A stretch of 64,000 nucleotides of DNA from Spirochaetia bacterium (GTDB lineage: Bacteria; Spirochaetota; Spirochaetia; CADAEX01): NCBI GenBank assembly GCA_963662795.1, contig OY759746.1, positions 1,280,001 to 1,344,000 on the forward strand. Reading direction: 5' to 3'. Position 1 is the stretch's first letter; each line of letters begins with the position of its first letter. Positions 36,040 through 45,485 of this stretch are shown piece after piece. The notes under the pieces are model-generated. The model saw only the letters and a list, made by a program, of their open reading frames with translations. It ran no database searches and was not told the DNA's origin. Both the position numbers and the translations under genes were made by a program.

Positions 36040-38571
36040 TCAATCGGAAGAAGCACTTTTTGAGACGTATAAAGAGGCAAGATGACGGATATGCCCGTCG
36101 GAAAGCTTGAGGTTTTCATCGCACTCAGGACAGCGGAAACGGCCGTTTTTGATCCACTCTGATGCGCACCCGATGCAGTAAATCTTTCCGCATGAAGGAC
36201 ATTTTCCGGCAGGGGATTCGGGATCAGGGTCACCTGTAATTGTTATTTTCCTGTCATCCCTGATATTTTTCGGGACTTTCCACTTCCGGCCGCAGGAAGC
36301 GCATTCAAGTGTTTTTACCGTCTCCCGCTCTATCCGGTTAAAAAGCTTCTTTTTTCTTTCCATGACAGAAACAGGAAAGGATTCAGCCGTGTTTATTCCA
36401 AAATATTCCTCATATTTTTCAGCTGCTTTTTTGAAATCAAGCGTTTCGCATAATCCGTCAATATAATTGAGCGCAACAACAGGATCAAAATCAAGCGCAA
36501 GGCTTTTTCTGTAATCATTAAAAGCAGAATTAAAATCACCCCTTACCCTTGCGATATTCCCCCTTATGTTGAGAAGCCCGCTGTCAGAGGGAATTGCATC
36601 GGCAGCTGAGGATAAAACTTCCTCAGCTTTTCCATATTCCTCATTATTGTAATAATAAAGGATAAGGGCCTTTGCAGCCTGAAGATTTTCCGGATAGAAC
36701 TCCCTTGCTTCTGTAAACTGCTTAAGAGCGAGACTTCTTTCTCCTGATTCAGAAAAAATCCTCCCTTTCTGCAGTAAAACATCAGCATCGGGGTGAACTG
36801 AATCAAGGACATCCATGGCTTTATCTGTTTTACCGTTCATCAGAAGAGCCTCCGAATAATTGACTGCCGCAGATCCTGCCGAATATTCCGGCTTTGCCCG
36901 GAATGCTGTCTCAAAATACTTTTCAGCGTCCGGGCTGTTTCCATTCTCAATGGCAATAGTCCCCAGAAGGCTGTTTACAAGAAAATCATCAGGGGCAAGT
37001 TCATGGGCCTTTGAAAGGGCAGTGAGGGCATCAGATTCAAGTTTTTCCATGCGGCGGATCTCAGCAAGCTTATACCAGTAAAGGTAAAATCCGCTTTCTT
37101 TTTCACAGGCTTTTTCCACAAGCTGCGCCGCTTTTTTGTACCTGCCTTTTTCCAGATGGATAAGGCCGTATAGAAAAAAGATATCACTGCCGCATTCTTC
37201 AGGATACCCGCTTGTTATCTCCCTGAATTTTTCTTCAGCTGCCCTGTATTCATTATTCTGAAATAATATTTTAGCTGTTACGCTTTCCGCTTTCAACCTG
37301 ATGCTGCCGCCGGAAGGGCGCATATCAATTGCAAGTTTTGCAGCGGAGGAGGCTTCCTCATAATTTTCTTCTCTGAAGAACAGGATACTGCTTTCTGCAT
37401 AATAAAAAGCAGCTTCTTCAGTTTTTTCCGATGATTCAAGCGTTTTTGCCGCGTTCAGAAAATAAAGCGGATTTTCAGGATCCATCTCAGCCGCTTTTCT
37501 GTAACAGCTTTCAGCATCAGTATTCCTTCCAAGATAGAAGAGGCTGTGTCCCAAAAGATTCCAGTATAAAGGCTCTTTCTCCAGAACAGGTTCTGATGAT
37601 GAAAGAAAATCCTTCAGTTTATCATACCTTCCGAGCTGATATAGTATATTCCCTTTCTCAAGCAGATAATTTTTTTCCTGAGGTTTCTTTTCAAGTGCTT
37701 TTTCAAACTGTTCAAGGGCATCATCAAACAGGCCGAGATTAACAAGTATTTCCCCGTACCAGCCCAGGAGTTCTTCCCTGTTTTCAGCAGCAGGATTGTT
37801 TTCCAGACAGGATTTTACCTGAACAGCCGCAGGGAGGAACTGCCCCCTGTCAAAAAAAGACCTGGCCAGGAGAAGTTTCTGGTCATCAGCTATTTCATTA
37901 TTTTCTGACCATGCCTTTTCAACATCTGCAGGGGTTGAGGTTACCCTGAACTTCTTAAGCAGTATCACAGCATCACTTCTGCCGGATGCAGGAACAGGAG
38001 AGGGAGCATCAGACAGGGAAGTCCTGTCATAATTCTGCCCGCAGAATGTAATATAACCGCTGCCTATTGTTTCATCGTTGAGAGAAGCTACCTTTCTGCC
38101 GTTTATGAAAAAATGAAGAGCAGTACCCCATGCCGTTATACGCAACGTGTTTATTTTTTCAACGGAAAAAGACACGGGCGTCCAGCCGATCAGTCTGAGG
38201 GGATTCCCGTTAAAAACACAATCCACCCTGAAATAACCCCTGTTTGAAAGGAGAAAATAGTAATAGTTATAATCATTGCCCATTCTGAACAGGATGCCTC
38301 CGGAGCAGTAAGCACCGGCCGTTTCAAACGAAAAACTGCATTGGGCGTCAAAATCAGTATAAATATTCTCCGGCGGCTCACACCATGCAAAAACGTTTTC
38401 CTTTTTTATGACAAACTGCAGCCCTGATCCCGGTATAACTTCCGAGGTGTAGTTTTTTTCTTTTTCATTTTTAAATCTGCTTTTCCGGAAGATGGAAAAA
38501 TTCTCTTTCCAATCCTCTCCATCTATAGTATCGGGGGATGTAGCATTTTTTCTTTTTAAAAACCAGAACAT
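36040..38571 (-). CDS. Large TPR protein with N-terminal lectin-like beta-sandwich (DUF1080-like) and C-terminal Cys8 zinc finger
   Basis: GGILFR...YYYFLLS...GYITFCG beta-sandwich pattern; many TPRs; CASC, CPSC, CIGC and CPEC at the C-terminus. Confidence 0.8.
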   Translation of the reverse strand: MFWFLKRKNATSPDTIDGEDWKENFSIFRKSRFKNEKEKNYTSEVIPGSGLQFVIKKENVFAWCEPPENIYTDFDAQCSFSFETAGAYCSGGILFRMGNDYNYYYFLLSNRGYFRVDCVFNGNPLRLIGWTPVSFSVEKINTLRITAWGTALHFFINGRKVASLNDETIGSGYITFCGQNYDRTSLSDAPSPVPASGRSDAVILLKKFRVTSTPADVEKAWSENNEIADDQKLLLARSFFDRGQFLPAAVQVKSCLENNPAAENREELLGWYGEILVNLGLFDDALEQFEKALEKKPQEKNYLLEKGNILYQLGRYDKLKDFLSSSEPVLEKEPLYWNLLGHSLFYLGRNTDAESCYRKAAEMDPENPLYFLNAAKTLESSEKTEEAAFYYAESSILFFREENYEEASSAAKLAIDMRPSGGSIRLKAESVTAKILFQNNEYRAAEEKFREITSGYPEECGSDIFFLYGLIHLEKGRYKKAAQLVEKACEKESGFYLYWYKLAEIRRMEKLESDALTALSKAHELAPDDFLVNSLLGTIAIENGNSPDAEKYFETAFRAKPEYSAGSAAVNYSEALLMNGKTDKAMDVLDSVHPDADVLLQKGRIFSESGERSLALKQFTEAREFYPENLQAAKALILYYYNNEEYGKAEEVLSSAADAIPSDSGLLNIRGNIARVRGDFNSAFNDYRKSLALDFDPVVALNYIDGLCETLDFKKAAEKYEEYFGINTAESFPVSVMERKKKLFNRIERETVKTLECASCGRKWKVPKNIRDDRKITITGDPDPESPAGKCPSCGKIYCIGCASEWIKNGRFRCPECDENLKLSDGHIRHLASLYVSKSASSD

Positions 38572-38645
38572 AAGGTGCTGCTTGACTCCGGGTTATTGGA
38601 TGTATAATTTTTGAGCTGTCTTTCTATATCAGCAATAATAACCTA

Positions 38646-39380
38646 TTACTGATTATTGGACAATTCCCTGATCCTGTCACGGAGCTGTGCCGCTTTTTCA
38701 TAATTCTCCATCACAACAGCCCTTTCAAGTTCAATGACAAGTGTATCAACCACACTGCTTTTTCCTGTATCAAGCTGCTTTATCGCGCTCTCCAGATAGC
38801 TTATTGAACGTGATTTTTCAAGAATAAAAACAGAGGTATTAACCTCAGGCATTGACCTGAGAGTGCCTATTGCTGATTCAAGTATTTGCCTTGCCAGAAT
38901 TTTTATGTTTTTCTGCAGTGAAATCATTGCGCGTGATATTGCATTCATTTTTACAAGAAACGGCCTGTACTGGAGAACGTTTACCCTTACCTCATTATCT
39001 TCGCTGTAAAGATCGATAAGTCTGCATATCCCGATATTGTGCTCCGTGTCCCTGACGACCCGTCCGAAATCATTCAGCTGAAAACAGAGAAGATACCTGT
39101 GATAATACAGCCGGCTTTCATTCTCAAGTGCCTTAAGATCTTCCTTTGATAAATTAAAACCAATATTGCTGTTTTTTTCTCTCTCAAGTACAAGATCAAG
39201 ATATGAGGCAAAAGAATCGAATTTTTTGCCGTCAGGTCTTCCGTCAAGCTCGTACTGGCTGATTCCCATGATCTCACGGACCTGCATTACAGCTTTCCCT
39301 GAAGTTGTGTAAATTATTCTTACGTTTTTGTCTTCGTTGTATTTCCATTCTTCAAGAATAAAACTTATATCCTGGGACAC
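38646..39380 (-). CDS. UVR (UvrB/UvrC) motif-containing conserved protein
   Basis: C-terminal LERAVVMENYEKAAQLRDRI; N-terminal DGRPDG motif. Confidence 0.8.
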   Translation of the reverse strand: MSQDISFILEEWKYNEDKNVRIIYTTSGKAVMQVREIMGISQYELDGRPDGKKFDSFASYLDLVLEREKNSNIGFNLSKEDLKALENESRLYYHRYLLCFQLNDFGRVVRDTEHNIGICRLIDLYSEDNEVRVNVLQYRPFLVKMNAISRAMISLQKNIKILARQILESAIGTLRSMPEVNTSVFILEKSRSISYLESAIKQLDTGKSSVVDTLVIELERAVVMENYEKAAQLRDRIRELSNNQ

Positions 39381-39587
39381 TTTATGCTGCTCCGCCTTTT
39401 AAAATCCGGTATAGTATCATTTTCGTCAAATTCTGCCTTTCTTTTACAAGTAACATGCATTATCCTGCCGGTATTTTTCTCCGGGCAGGCAGTAAAGAAA
39501 GCATACCTTAAATTTATAACAAATATTTAAAAAGTAAAGGAAGTTTTTGCATTGCAGATTTCTTTGCTTAAAGATATATTTCTCATT

Positions 39588-40277
39588 ATGGTAAAAGTAA
39601 TTTCTCTCGGCGGTTCAATAGTCGCCCCCGACTCGGTAGATACAGATTTTCTCAAAAAATTCTGCGCCCTTATTAAGGAATATCTTGATGAAGATACCAG
39701 CAGGAAGCTTATATTCGTAGTGGGGGGGGGCGCTCCTGCCAGACTATACCAGAAATCATACAGGGAAATAGTAACAGTTCCGGACGCAAATGCGCAGGAC
39801 TGGATAGGCATTGCGGCAACCAGGCTTAACGGAGAACTGCTTAAAGCCCTCTTCCCGGGTTACTGCAGGGAAAATGTAGTTACAGATCCTACAGCGGAAA
39901 TAAATTTTTCAGGACAGGTCCTTGTAGCATCAGGATGGAAGCCCGGCTTTTCAACCGATTTTGATTCTGTAGTTCTTGCCGAAAGATTTGATGCCGGAAC
40001 AGTTGTTAACCTTTCCAATATTTCAAAAGTATATTCTGAAGATCCCAGAATAAATCCGTCTGCATATCCGATAGACACAATAAGCTGGAGCGATTTTAAA
40101 AAAATTGTAGGTTCAGAATGGGTCCCGGGCAGGAATGTTCCGTTTGACCCTGTTGCGACAGCCAAAGCCGCTGAACTTGGAATGCAGGTACTTGTGGCCG
40201 GGGGAAAGGATATTGAAAACCTGAATCATATTCTTTACGGCAGGATGGAACAATTCAAAGGGACAATAATCGGCTGA
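39588..40277 (+). CDS. pyrH: Uridylate kinase, archaeal-type
   Basis: VISLGGS, VVGGGAPAR, DWIGIAATRLN, GWKPGFSTD and PFDPVA motifs. Start placed at ATG 39588. Confidence 0.92.
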   Translation: MVKVISLGGSIVAPDSVDTDFLKKFCALIKEYLDEDTSRKLIFVVGGGAPARLYQKSYREIVTVPDANAQDWIGIAATRLNGELLKALFPGYCRENVVTDPTAEINFSGQVLVASGWKPGFSTDFDSVVLAERFDAGTVVNLSNISKVYSEDPRINPSAYPIDTISWSDFKKIVGSEWVPGRNVPFDPVATAKAAELGMQVLVAGGKDIENLNHILYGRMEQFKGTIIG

Positions 40278-41249
40278 TCAGTTCTTTTCAAATCCTTCTT
40301 TCCAGTGCCATATCATCTCTTTCCTGCTGCTGCCGGGAAACGGACTTGAGCTGTTAAAGTCCGGAACCCATATACAATCCCCTTCTGGCTCCTGTATAAA
40401 ACCATCATCAATATCATATTTATCAAGCATTCCGTAAACTTCATCTTCCTCTTTTCCGCTGACTCTTCTTTTCGGAAGATCAACTTTTCCTGATACAGCT
40501 TCCGGCTCGTACTGGAACATAAGGGAGAGGATTGCCCTGTCTTTAAGATTTTCCCCGAACCATTTTAAAAATTCCTCTGTTGATTCAAGTTCGCCGGGAA
40601 GAACAAGATGCCTTACAATAACACCCCTTTTTATTACGCCCTCCTTTTCTATCAGTGAAAAATCTGTCTTTCTCCCGTCCGCCATTTTCAGTACGGCGCG
40701 TGCCGCATACCCGGGATAATCCTGCGCCCTGAAAAGCCGGGCAGAAAGGGCTGGATCAAGTGTTTTAAGGTCCGGGAGAAAGACATCTATAAAATCAAGC
40801 AGCATCTCAACAGTCTCTTCAGTTTCATAGCCTGATGTATTCCAGAGCAGGGGAATCGAAAGCCCTTTCTTTTTTGCCGCCTTTGCAGCTTCATAGACAG
40901 AGGGGATAAAATGTGTTGCTGTTACAAAATTAATATTTTCAGCCCCTTCCTTCTGAAGAGAAATCATGATATCGGAGAGGACTTCTTCATCTGCGCTGCG
41001 GCCAAGCATACTCCGGCTGATCTGGTGGTTCTGGCAGAAGCCGCACCGCAGCGTGCATCCTGTAAAAAATATTGTACCGGATCCTCCCGCCCCTGTCACA
41101 GGCGGCTCTTCGCCTCTGTGGAGGAGCGCGCAGGAGACTGCTGCTTCATAGCCGGATCCGCAGAAGCCGGTTCCCCCTTCAAGGCGGTTAACGCCGCATT
41201 TTTTGGGGCACAAAATGCAGTTATCATACAGTTTTCTGCTTATTGCCAT
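40278..41249 (-). CDS. Radical SAM protein, PflX-like (putative PFL-activating family)
   Basis: CILCPKKCGVNR, HRGEEPP, FFTGCTLRCGFCQN and RHLVLPG motifs. Confidence 0.88.
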   Translation of the reverse strand: MAISRKLYDNCILCPKKCGVNRLEGGTGFCGSGYEAAVSCALLHRGEEPPVTGAGGSGTIFFTGCTLRCGFCQNHQISRSMLGRSADEEVLSDIMISLQKEGAENINFVTATHFIPSVYEAAKAAKKKGLSIPLLWNTSGYETEETVEMLLDFIDVFLPDLKTLDPALSARLFRAQDYPGYAARAVLKMADGRKTDFSLIEKEGVIKRGVIVRHLVLPGELESTEEFLKWFGENLKDRAILSLMFQYEPEAVSGKVDLPKRRVSGKEEDEVYGMLDKYDIDDGFIQEPEGDCIWVPDFNSSSPFPGSSRKEMIWHWKEGFEKN

Positions 41250-41339
41250 ATTACCTATATTCCTTATCTTTCACTGCTGTTATTGACAAACACCTTTTAT
41301 ACCATTAGCTTTAGCTTGTGGGAAAGCATGTTTTTTCAT

Positions 41340-41423
41340 GCCGGCGTGGCGAAATTGGTAGACGCAGCAGACTCAAAATCTGCCGGGGGCAACTCTGTAT
41401 CGGTTCAAGTCCGATCGCCGGTA
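41340..41423 (+). tRNA. tRNA-Leu (anticodon CAA), CCA not encoded
   Basis: Acceptor GCCGGCG/CGCCGGT, D-arm TGGCGAAATTGGTAGACGC, anticodon stem GCAGA-CTCAAAA-TCTGC, long variable arm, GTTCAAGT T-loop; promoter TTGACA-17-TAGCTT at 41283-41311. Confidence 0.97.
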
Positions 41424-41444
41424 AAAATATTTTCACCCCCGTAA

Positions 41445-42119
41445 TCAGTACGGAAGCACGACAGTATACATTAAAATATAATGCATTAACGACCCGGCTA
41501 TAACAAACAGGTGCCAGATTTCATGAAATCCGAATTTTCCTTTAACAGGATTTGGTTTTTCAATTGTAAAGATAACGCTTCCGGCGGTATAGAAAAATCC
41601 CCCTGCGCCCAGATATAACACAGCAGCCGTGCCGGCCCTCGCGGCAAAAGGGACAACAATAAAAACAGCAGACCAGCCCATTGAGATAAAAAGGGTTGTT
41701 GTAAACCACCTGGGAATGCCGGGGATAAGAATACGGACTGCGGCGCCCGCAAGAGCACATACCCAGCAAACCCCGAAGATTACCCAGCCATAGGCAGAGT
41801 CCCGCAGAATTACCAGAGAGAGCGGCGTTAATGACCCTGCGATCAGAAGAAAAATTGAACTGTAATCGAGCGACCTCAAAAATTTTTTCAGTTTTGCACC
41901 GCATTTCAAACCATGATGCAGCGCGCTTGACACAAAAAGCAGCAGCAGGGTAATGGAATAAACAGAAAATGCTGTTATTTTCCACGGATCACCTGTTAAT
42001 CCGGCCTTTGCAATCAGAAGCGACCCGCCCACAAGAGTAAAAAATGCTGCGGCAGAATGAAAGGCTGTATTAAATATTTCATCTGTTACATGGATGCTTC
42101 CATCCCTGCTTTTTTTCAT
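41445..42119 (-). CDS. Hemolysin III / PAQR family membrane protein (TrhA-like)
   Basis: DEIFNTAFH, SSALHH, LDYSSIFLLIAGS and FHEIWHLFV motifs. Confidence 0.92.
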   Translation of the reverse strand: MKKSRDGSIHVTDEIFNTAFHSAAAFFTLVGGSLLIAKAGLTGDPWKITAFSVYSITLLLLFVSSALHHGLKCGAKLKKFLRSLDYSSIFLLIAGSLTPLSLVILRDSAYGWVIFGVCWVCALAGAAVRILIPGIPRWFTTTLFISMGWSAVFIVVPFAARAGTAAVLYLGAGGFFYTAGSVIFTIEKPNPVKGKFGFHEIWHLFVIAGSLMHYILMYTVVLPY

Positions 42120-42256
42120 ATTGTTCCTTGTTGAATATTCCGGAATCCGGAATCTGTTTGTTTCCGGTTAATTATAGACAATTTACAGACTCTATCAATA
42201 TCAGAAGAACAGGGAGCATTGACTATTGGAAAAGGTTATTTATATATTTAAGTCCT

Positions 42257-42610
42257 ATGGGAATTTCAATAAAGGATTTTGCAGAAAAGATACTGGGACT
42301 TGAGCATGAGGAACTTAAAAAAAGGGAAATATTTATAAAATTTATTATAGCTGCGGGAAAAGTTGTTTTTGATCCCCGGCTTTTTGTCAATTTTGAAAAA
42401 ACCTACGGGGAAGGCTCTCTTTACCATAAGGATATCGCTGATGCCAATATGATTGAAAGGGGCCAGGTTTACGGGGGGGCTTACGCAGCCGTTTCCTGGG
42501 ACAGGGTAAGGATAACCGGAAAAAGCATGGATTTCGGCGGCATCGAAGGGTACGAGGACCTGGTAAGAAGCTATTTTGAAAACTATTTTGAAAACAGTGT
42601 CACAGTTTAG
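42257..42610 (+). CDS. Small protein with Janus/Ocnus (PHPT1)-like motifs
   Basis: Start placed at ATG 42257 after TTGACT-18-TATATT; IKFII...YHKDIAD...VYGGAY...RITGKSMDFG. Confidence 0.65.
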   Translation: MGISIKDFAEKILGLEHEELKKREIFIKFIIAAGKVVFDPRLFVNFEKTYGEGSLYHKDIADANMIERGQVYGGAYAAVSWDRVRITGKSMDFGGIEGYEDLVRSYFENYFENSVTV

Positions 42611-45485
42611 ATACAAACACAGGTCCGGACACAGATCCTGCCGTGCCAGCTGCCGGCTTTTCTGATTTAAATCCCTTTCTTTCCATTTTTCCCCATCCGC
42701 TGACTTTTTTCAGACTGCTTACATAACCCCTTACGCGGAGAAAGCTTGAGATCTGCCTGAATCCGAACGCTTCAAGAAATGAGTATAATATCAGGAGGAT
42801 GCGATCTTTTGTCCTGAATATTTCAGTTTTATATTCCGAAATATAAAGCGAGCAGTTTGTAACAAAAATGCTGTAAAAAACCGCAGCCGTGACAAAGAAT
42901 AAAGAAGTCTGAAAATCAGCCATACCCAGAGCAAGGGCAGTGAAGAACACAAGATAACCCTGAAGCTCAAGCCAGGGACCCAGCATTTCAAATATAAAAT
43001 AATAGGGAAAAGCGATAAGACCGGCAGTCCCGAAACGGGGGTTAAAAAGCATTTTCAGATGATATGTCATGATGTCAATTAAACCGCGCTGCCATCTGTC
43101 CCGTTGTCTGAAAATAATCTTCCAGCTCTCGGGAATTTCTGTCCAGCAGTTTGCGTCAAAGGTATATTTTATGATTGAGTCCTCTTTTTTTTCCATGCAG
43201 ACCCGTTTAAGTCTTACAACAAGCTCCATATCCTCGCCTACAGTGTCCTTGTCAAGGAAACTGCTCTCTGTCATATAACCGTGGTTGGCAATTACCATTT
43301 TTCTGTTAAACACTCCGAATGCTCCCGATACTATCAGCAGGGCATTGATATGTGCCCAGCCTATCCTCCCTGCCATAAACGCCCTCAGGTATTCAACAGT
43401 CTGAAATCTTGCCAGATTGTTCTTTCCAACACCTATTTTTCTGATATACCCGTTTTTAACATCACAGCCGTTAACAGGAAGAATATTGCCTCCAGCGGCG
43501 ATCACCTCTTTTTCATCATCAAGAAAGCTGCCGGTAATTCTGAGAATTGCGTCCCTTTCAAGGAGGGAATCTGAATCTATCCCTACAAAATACTCTTTGG
43601 ATGAGGCGTTTATCCCGCAGTTCAGAGAATCTGCCTTGCCTCCGTTCATCTTGTCGACAAAGATAAGCTCAGGATATTTTGCCCCCCTGTAAACAGCCCT
43701 GATCTCCCTGGTGTTAAGCCTAAGGTCAAAATTCAATTCGCTTTTTTCAAGTTCGAAATATTTAATAACCTTCTCCATTGTTTTGTCTTTTGATCCGTCA
43801 TTGACTACAATTACCTCAAAATCCGGATACCTGAGGTTAAGGAGAGAGTTTATGCTTTCAATAATTGTACTTTCTTCATTATATGCCGGGGCAATTATTG
43901 ATACGGAAGGGAGTATATTCTCCCTGAAAAGAAACGAAACTTTTTTTAATTCTGCGTATTTTCCCTGTTTTATAACTCCGAGCAGGGAAAAAACAAGCAT
44001 CAGACAATAAAAAGAATTAAGGGCGATTGAATAAAAAGAGAAGAAAATTATAAAAAATGATATATATTCCGTAACAGCATAAAGCAGTGTGCCGGTCAAA
44101 AGAGAATTCCTGTTCAGGATAAAAAAAGAGACAGGAAATCCAAGAAGGGTAAAAGCAAGGAATACCCATAAAAGAAAGATCTTCCCTTTTTCTTTTGATG
44201 TTCTTGGTATTTCAGGCAGGGGAATTCCGGAAAGGCCGATTCTATTCAGGACTTTCTCATCAAGGTACATTTTAAACTGGTCAATTACGGCAGGATTATG
44301 AGATTCACTGATTATTTCCACAATCTGTTTTTCAATAACCGGATTGCTGTTCCTGTTCATAAAGTTGATTATTCCGCTTACCTTTCCCCTTGATATCAGG
44401 TTTCTCGTAAGGTCTTTAACTTCTTTAATATTGCTCCCGAGCAGTTTTTCAAAAACATACTCAAGCCGGTAGGATACAATATCCGTCAGTTTTTCTTTAA
44501 TTGCAACATCTGTTTCATTGAAAGCTCTCTGAACAAGGTGTCTGTAATAAGCGGGGATTTTTTTTACAACAGAAGAGAGAGCCGCAGCTGCTGTACTGCT
44601 GACCGAATCATCTGAAAGGAAATGGATAAGAAGGCTCACGCTGTGATGTGAAGGATTTTCACCAAGTGCTTCAACAGCCGCGGTCCTGATTTCCCCGTCC
44701 TCATTTATCAGGTATTCGTTGATATTAATACTGTCAAAATAATATTTTGATGCGACACGGAAAGCAGCCAGTGATACTTCCCGGTCCGAAGAGGTTGTTT
44801 TATCAATAATATAGCCTGTCAATATAGCAGAAGGGAATTTTGAAGCATAATATATAAAAAGAAGTTCAATATCCTTGTTTTTTCTTTCTTTCAATATTTC
44901 AAAATAATCAAGAAGGGCAATATTGAATCCGCTTACGATACTCCAGAAAGCAGGTCTTCTTTTTTCCGGGAGATCCTTTAAACTGTCAATTACTTCAGGA
45001 ATTACTGCCGGGTCAGCCTGCCCCACCAGGGAATTAACAATATAGAGTTTTGTACGTATCTTTTTTTCCCTCAGAAGAGCTGCAAGAAGTGCATTTTTAA
45101 ATTTGGAACATTTAAAATATCCCATAATAATGGCGGCATAGGTTTTCTTATACCTGCTCCTGCCGCCAAGCAGCCATTTTATAAGCCTGTTTATAATATT
45201 CCACTCTTCAAACAGCGATATGAGCAGGTTGTTTATCTCCGAACTCATTTCAACTGACTGAAGGAGATCGACATACTGGTCAATAATTATCTTCCAGTCT
45301 TTTTTAACAGGGGTATATCCCCCATCCGTTCCTTCAGACAGGGAACTGATCCAGTTAATTATCCGTCTTTTCCTTTTTCTGTATTCCCTCTGTTTTCTGA
45401 TATTTAAAGAAATCAGAATCAGGGAAAATAAATTCAAGGCAAGAACTGCAGCAAAAACAGTGAAAACAAAGGAATCAGAAATCAT
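42600..45485 (-). CDS. HEAT-repeat-fused processive GT2 glycosyltransferase (PgaC/IcaA-like polysaccharide synthase)
   Basis: N-terminal TM and HEAT-like repeats (IRTAAVEALG), then TMs, PAYNEE, VNDGSKD, NGGKADSLN, DSD, SGAFG, GED, QRDRW, C-terminal TMs and WGKMERKGF. Confidence 0.9.
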   Translation of the reverse strand: MISDSFVFTVFAAVLALNLFSLILISLNIRKQREYRKRKRRIINWISSLSEGTDGGYTPVKKDWKIIIDQYVDLLQSVEMSSEINNLLISLFEEWNIINRLIKWLLGGRSRYKKTYAAIIMGYFKCSKFKNALLAALLREKKIRTKLYIVNSLVGQADPAVIPEVIDSLKDLPEKRRPAFWSIVSGFNIALLDYFEILKERKNKDIELLFIYYASKFPSAILTGYIIDKTTSSDREVSLAAFRVASKYYFDSININEYLINEDGEIRTAAVEALGENPSHHSVSLLIHFLSDDSVSSTAAAALSSVVKKIPAYYRHLVQRAFNETDVAIKEKLTDIVSYRLEYVFEKLLGSNIKEVKDLTRNLISRGKVSGIINFMNRNSNPVIEKQIVEIISESHNPAVIDQFKMYLDEKVLNRIGLSGIPLPEIPRTSKEKGKIFLLWVFLAFTLLGFPVSFFILNRNSLLTGTLLYAVTEYISFFIIFFSFYSIALNSFYCLMLVFSLLGVIKQGKYAELKKVSFLFRENILPSVSIIAPAYNEESTIIESINSLLNLRYPDFEVIVVNDGSKDKTMEKVIKYFELEKSELNFDLRLNTREIRAVYRGAKYPELIFVDKMNGGKADSLNCGINASSKEYFVGIDSDSLLERDAILRITGSFLDDEKEVIAAGGNILPVNGCDVKNGYIRKIGVGKNNLARFQTVEYLRAFMAGRIGWAHINALLIVSGAFGVFNRKMVIANHGYMTESSFLDKDTVGEDMELVVRLKRVCMEKKEDSIIKYTFDANCWTEIPESWKIIFRQRDRWQRGLIDIMTYHLKMLFNPRFGTAGLIAFPYYFIFEMLGPWLELQGYLVFFTALALGMADFQTSLFFVTAAVFYSIFVTNCSLYISEYKTEIFRTKDRILLILYSFLEAFGFRQISSFLRVRGYVSSLKKVSGWGKMERKGFKSEKPAAGTAGSVSGPVFVSKL

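Noticed and set aside
38582-38608. Plus-strand TTGACT...TATAAT antisense promoter
   Set aside because: 15-bp spacer is suboptimal and no downstream plus-strand gene or RNA structure supports it.
39722-39730. G9 homopolymer in pyrH as a phase-variation tract
   Set aside because: Encodes the conserved VGGG motif of an essential enzyme; the frame is intact.
41340-41445. tRNA-Leu as an integration site for a genomic island
   Set aside because: No integrase nearby and no duplicated tRNA 3' end noticed elsewhere in the window.
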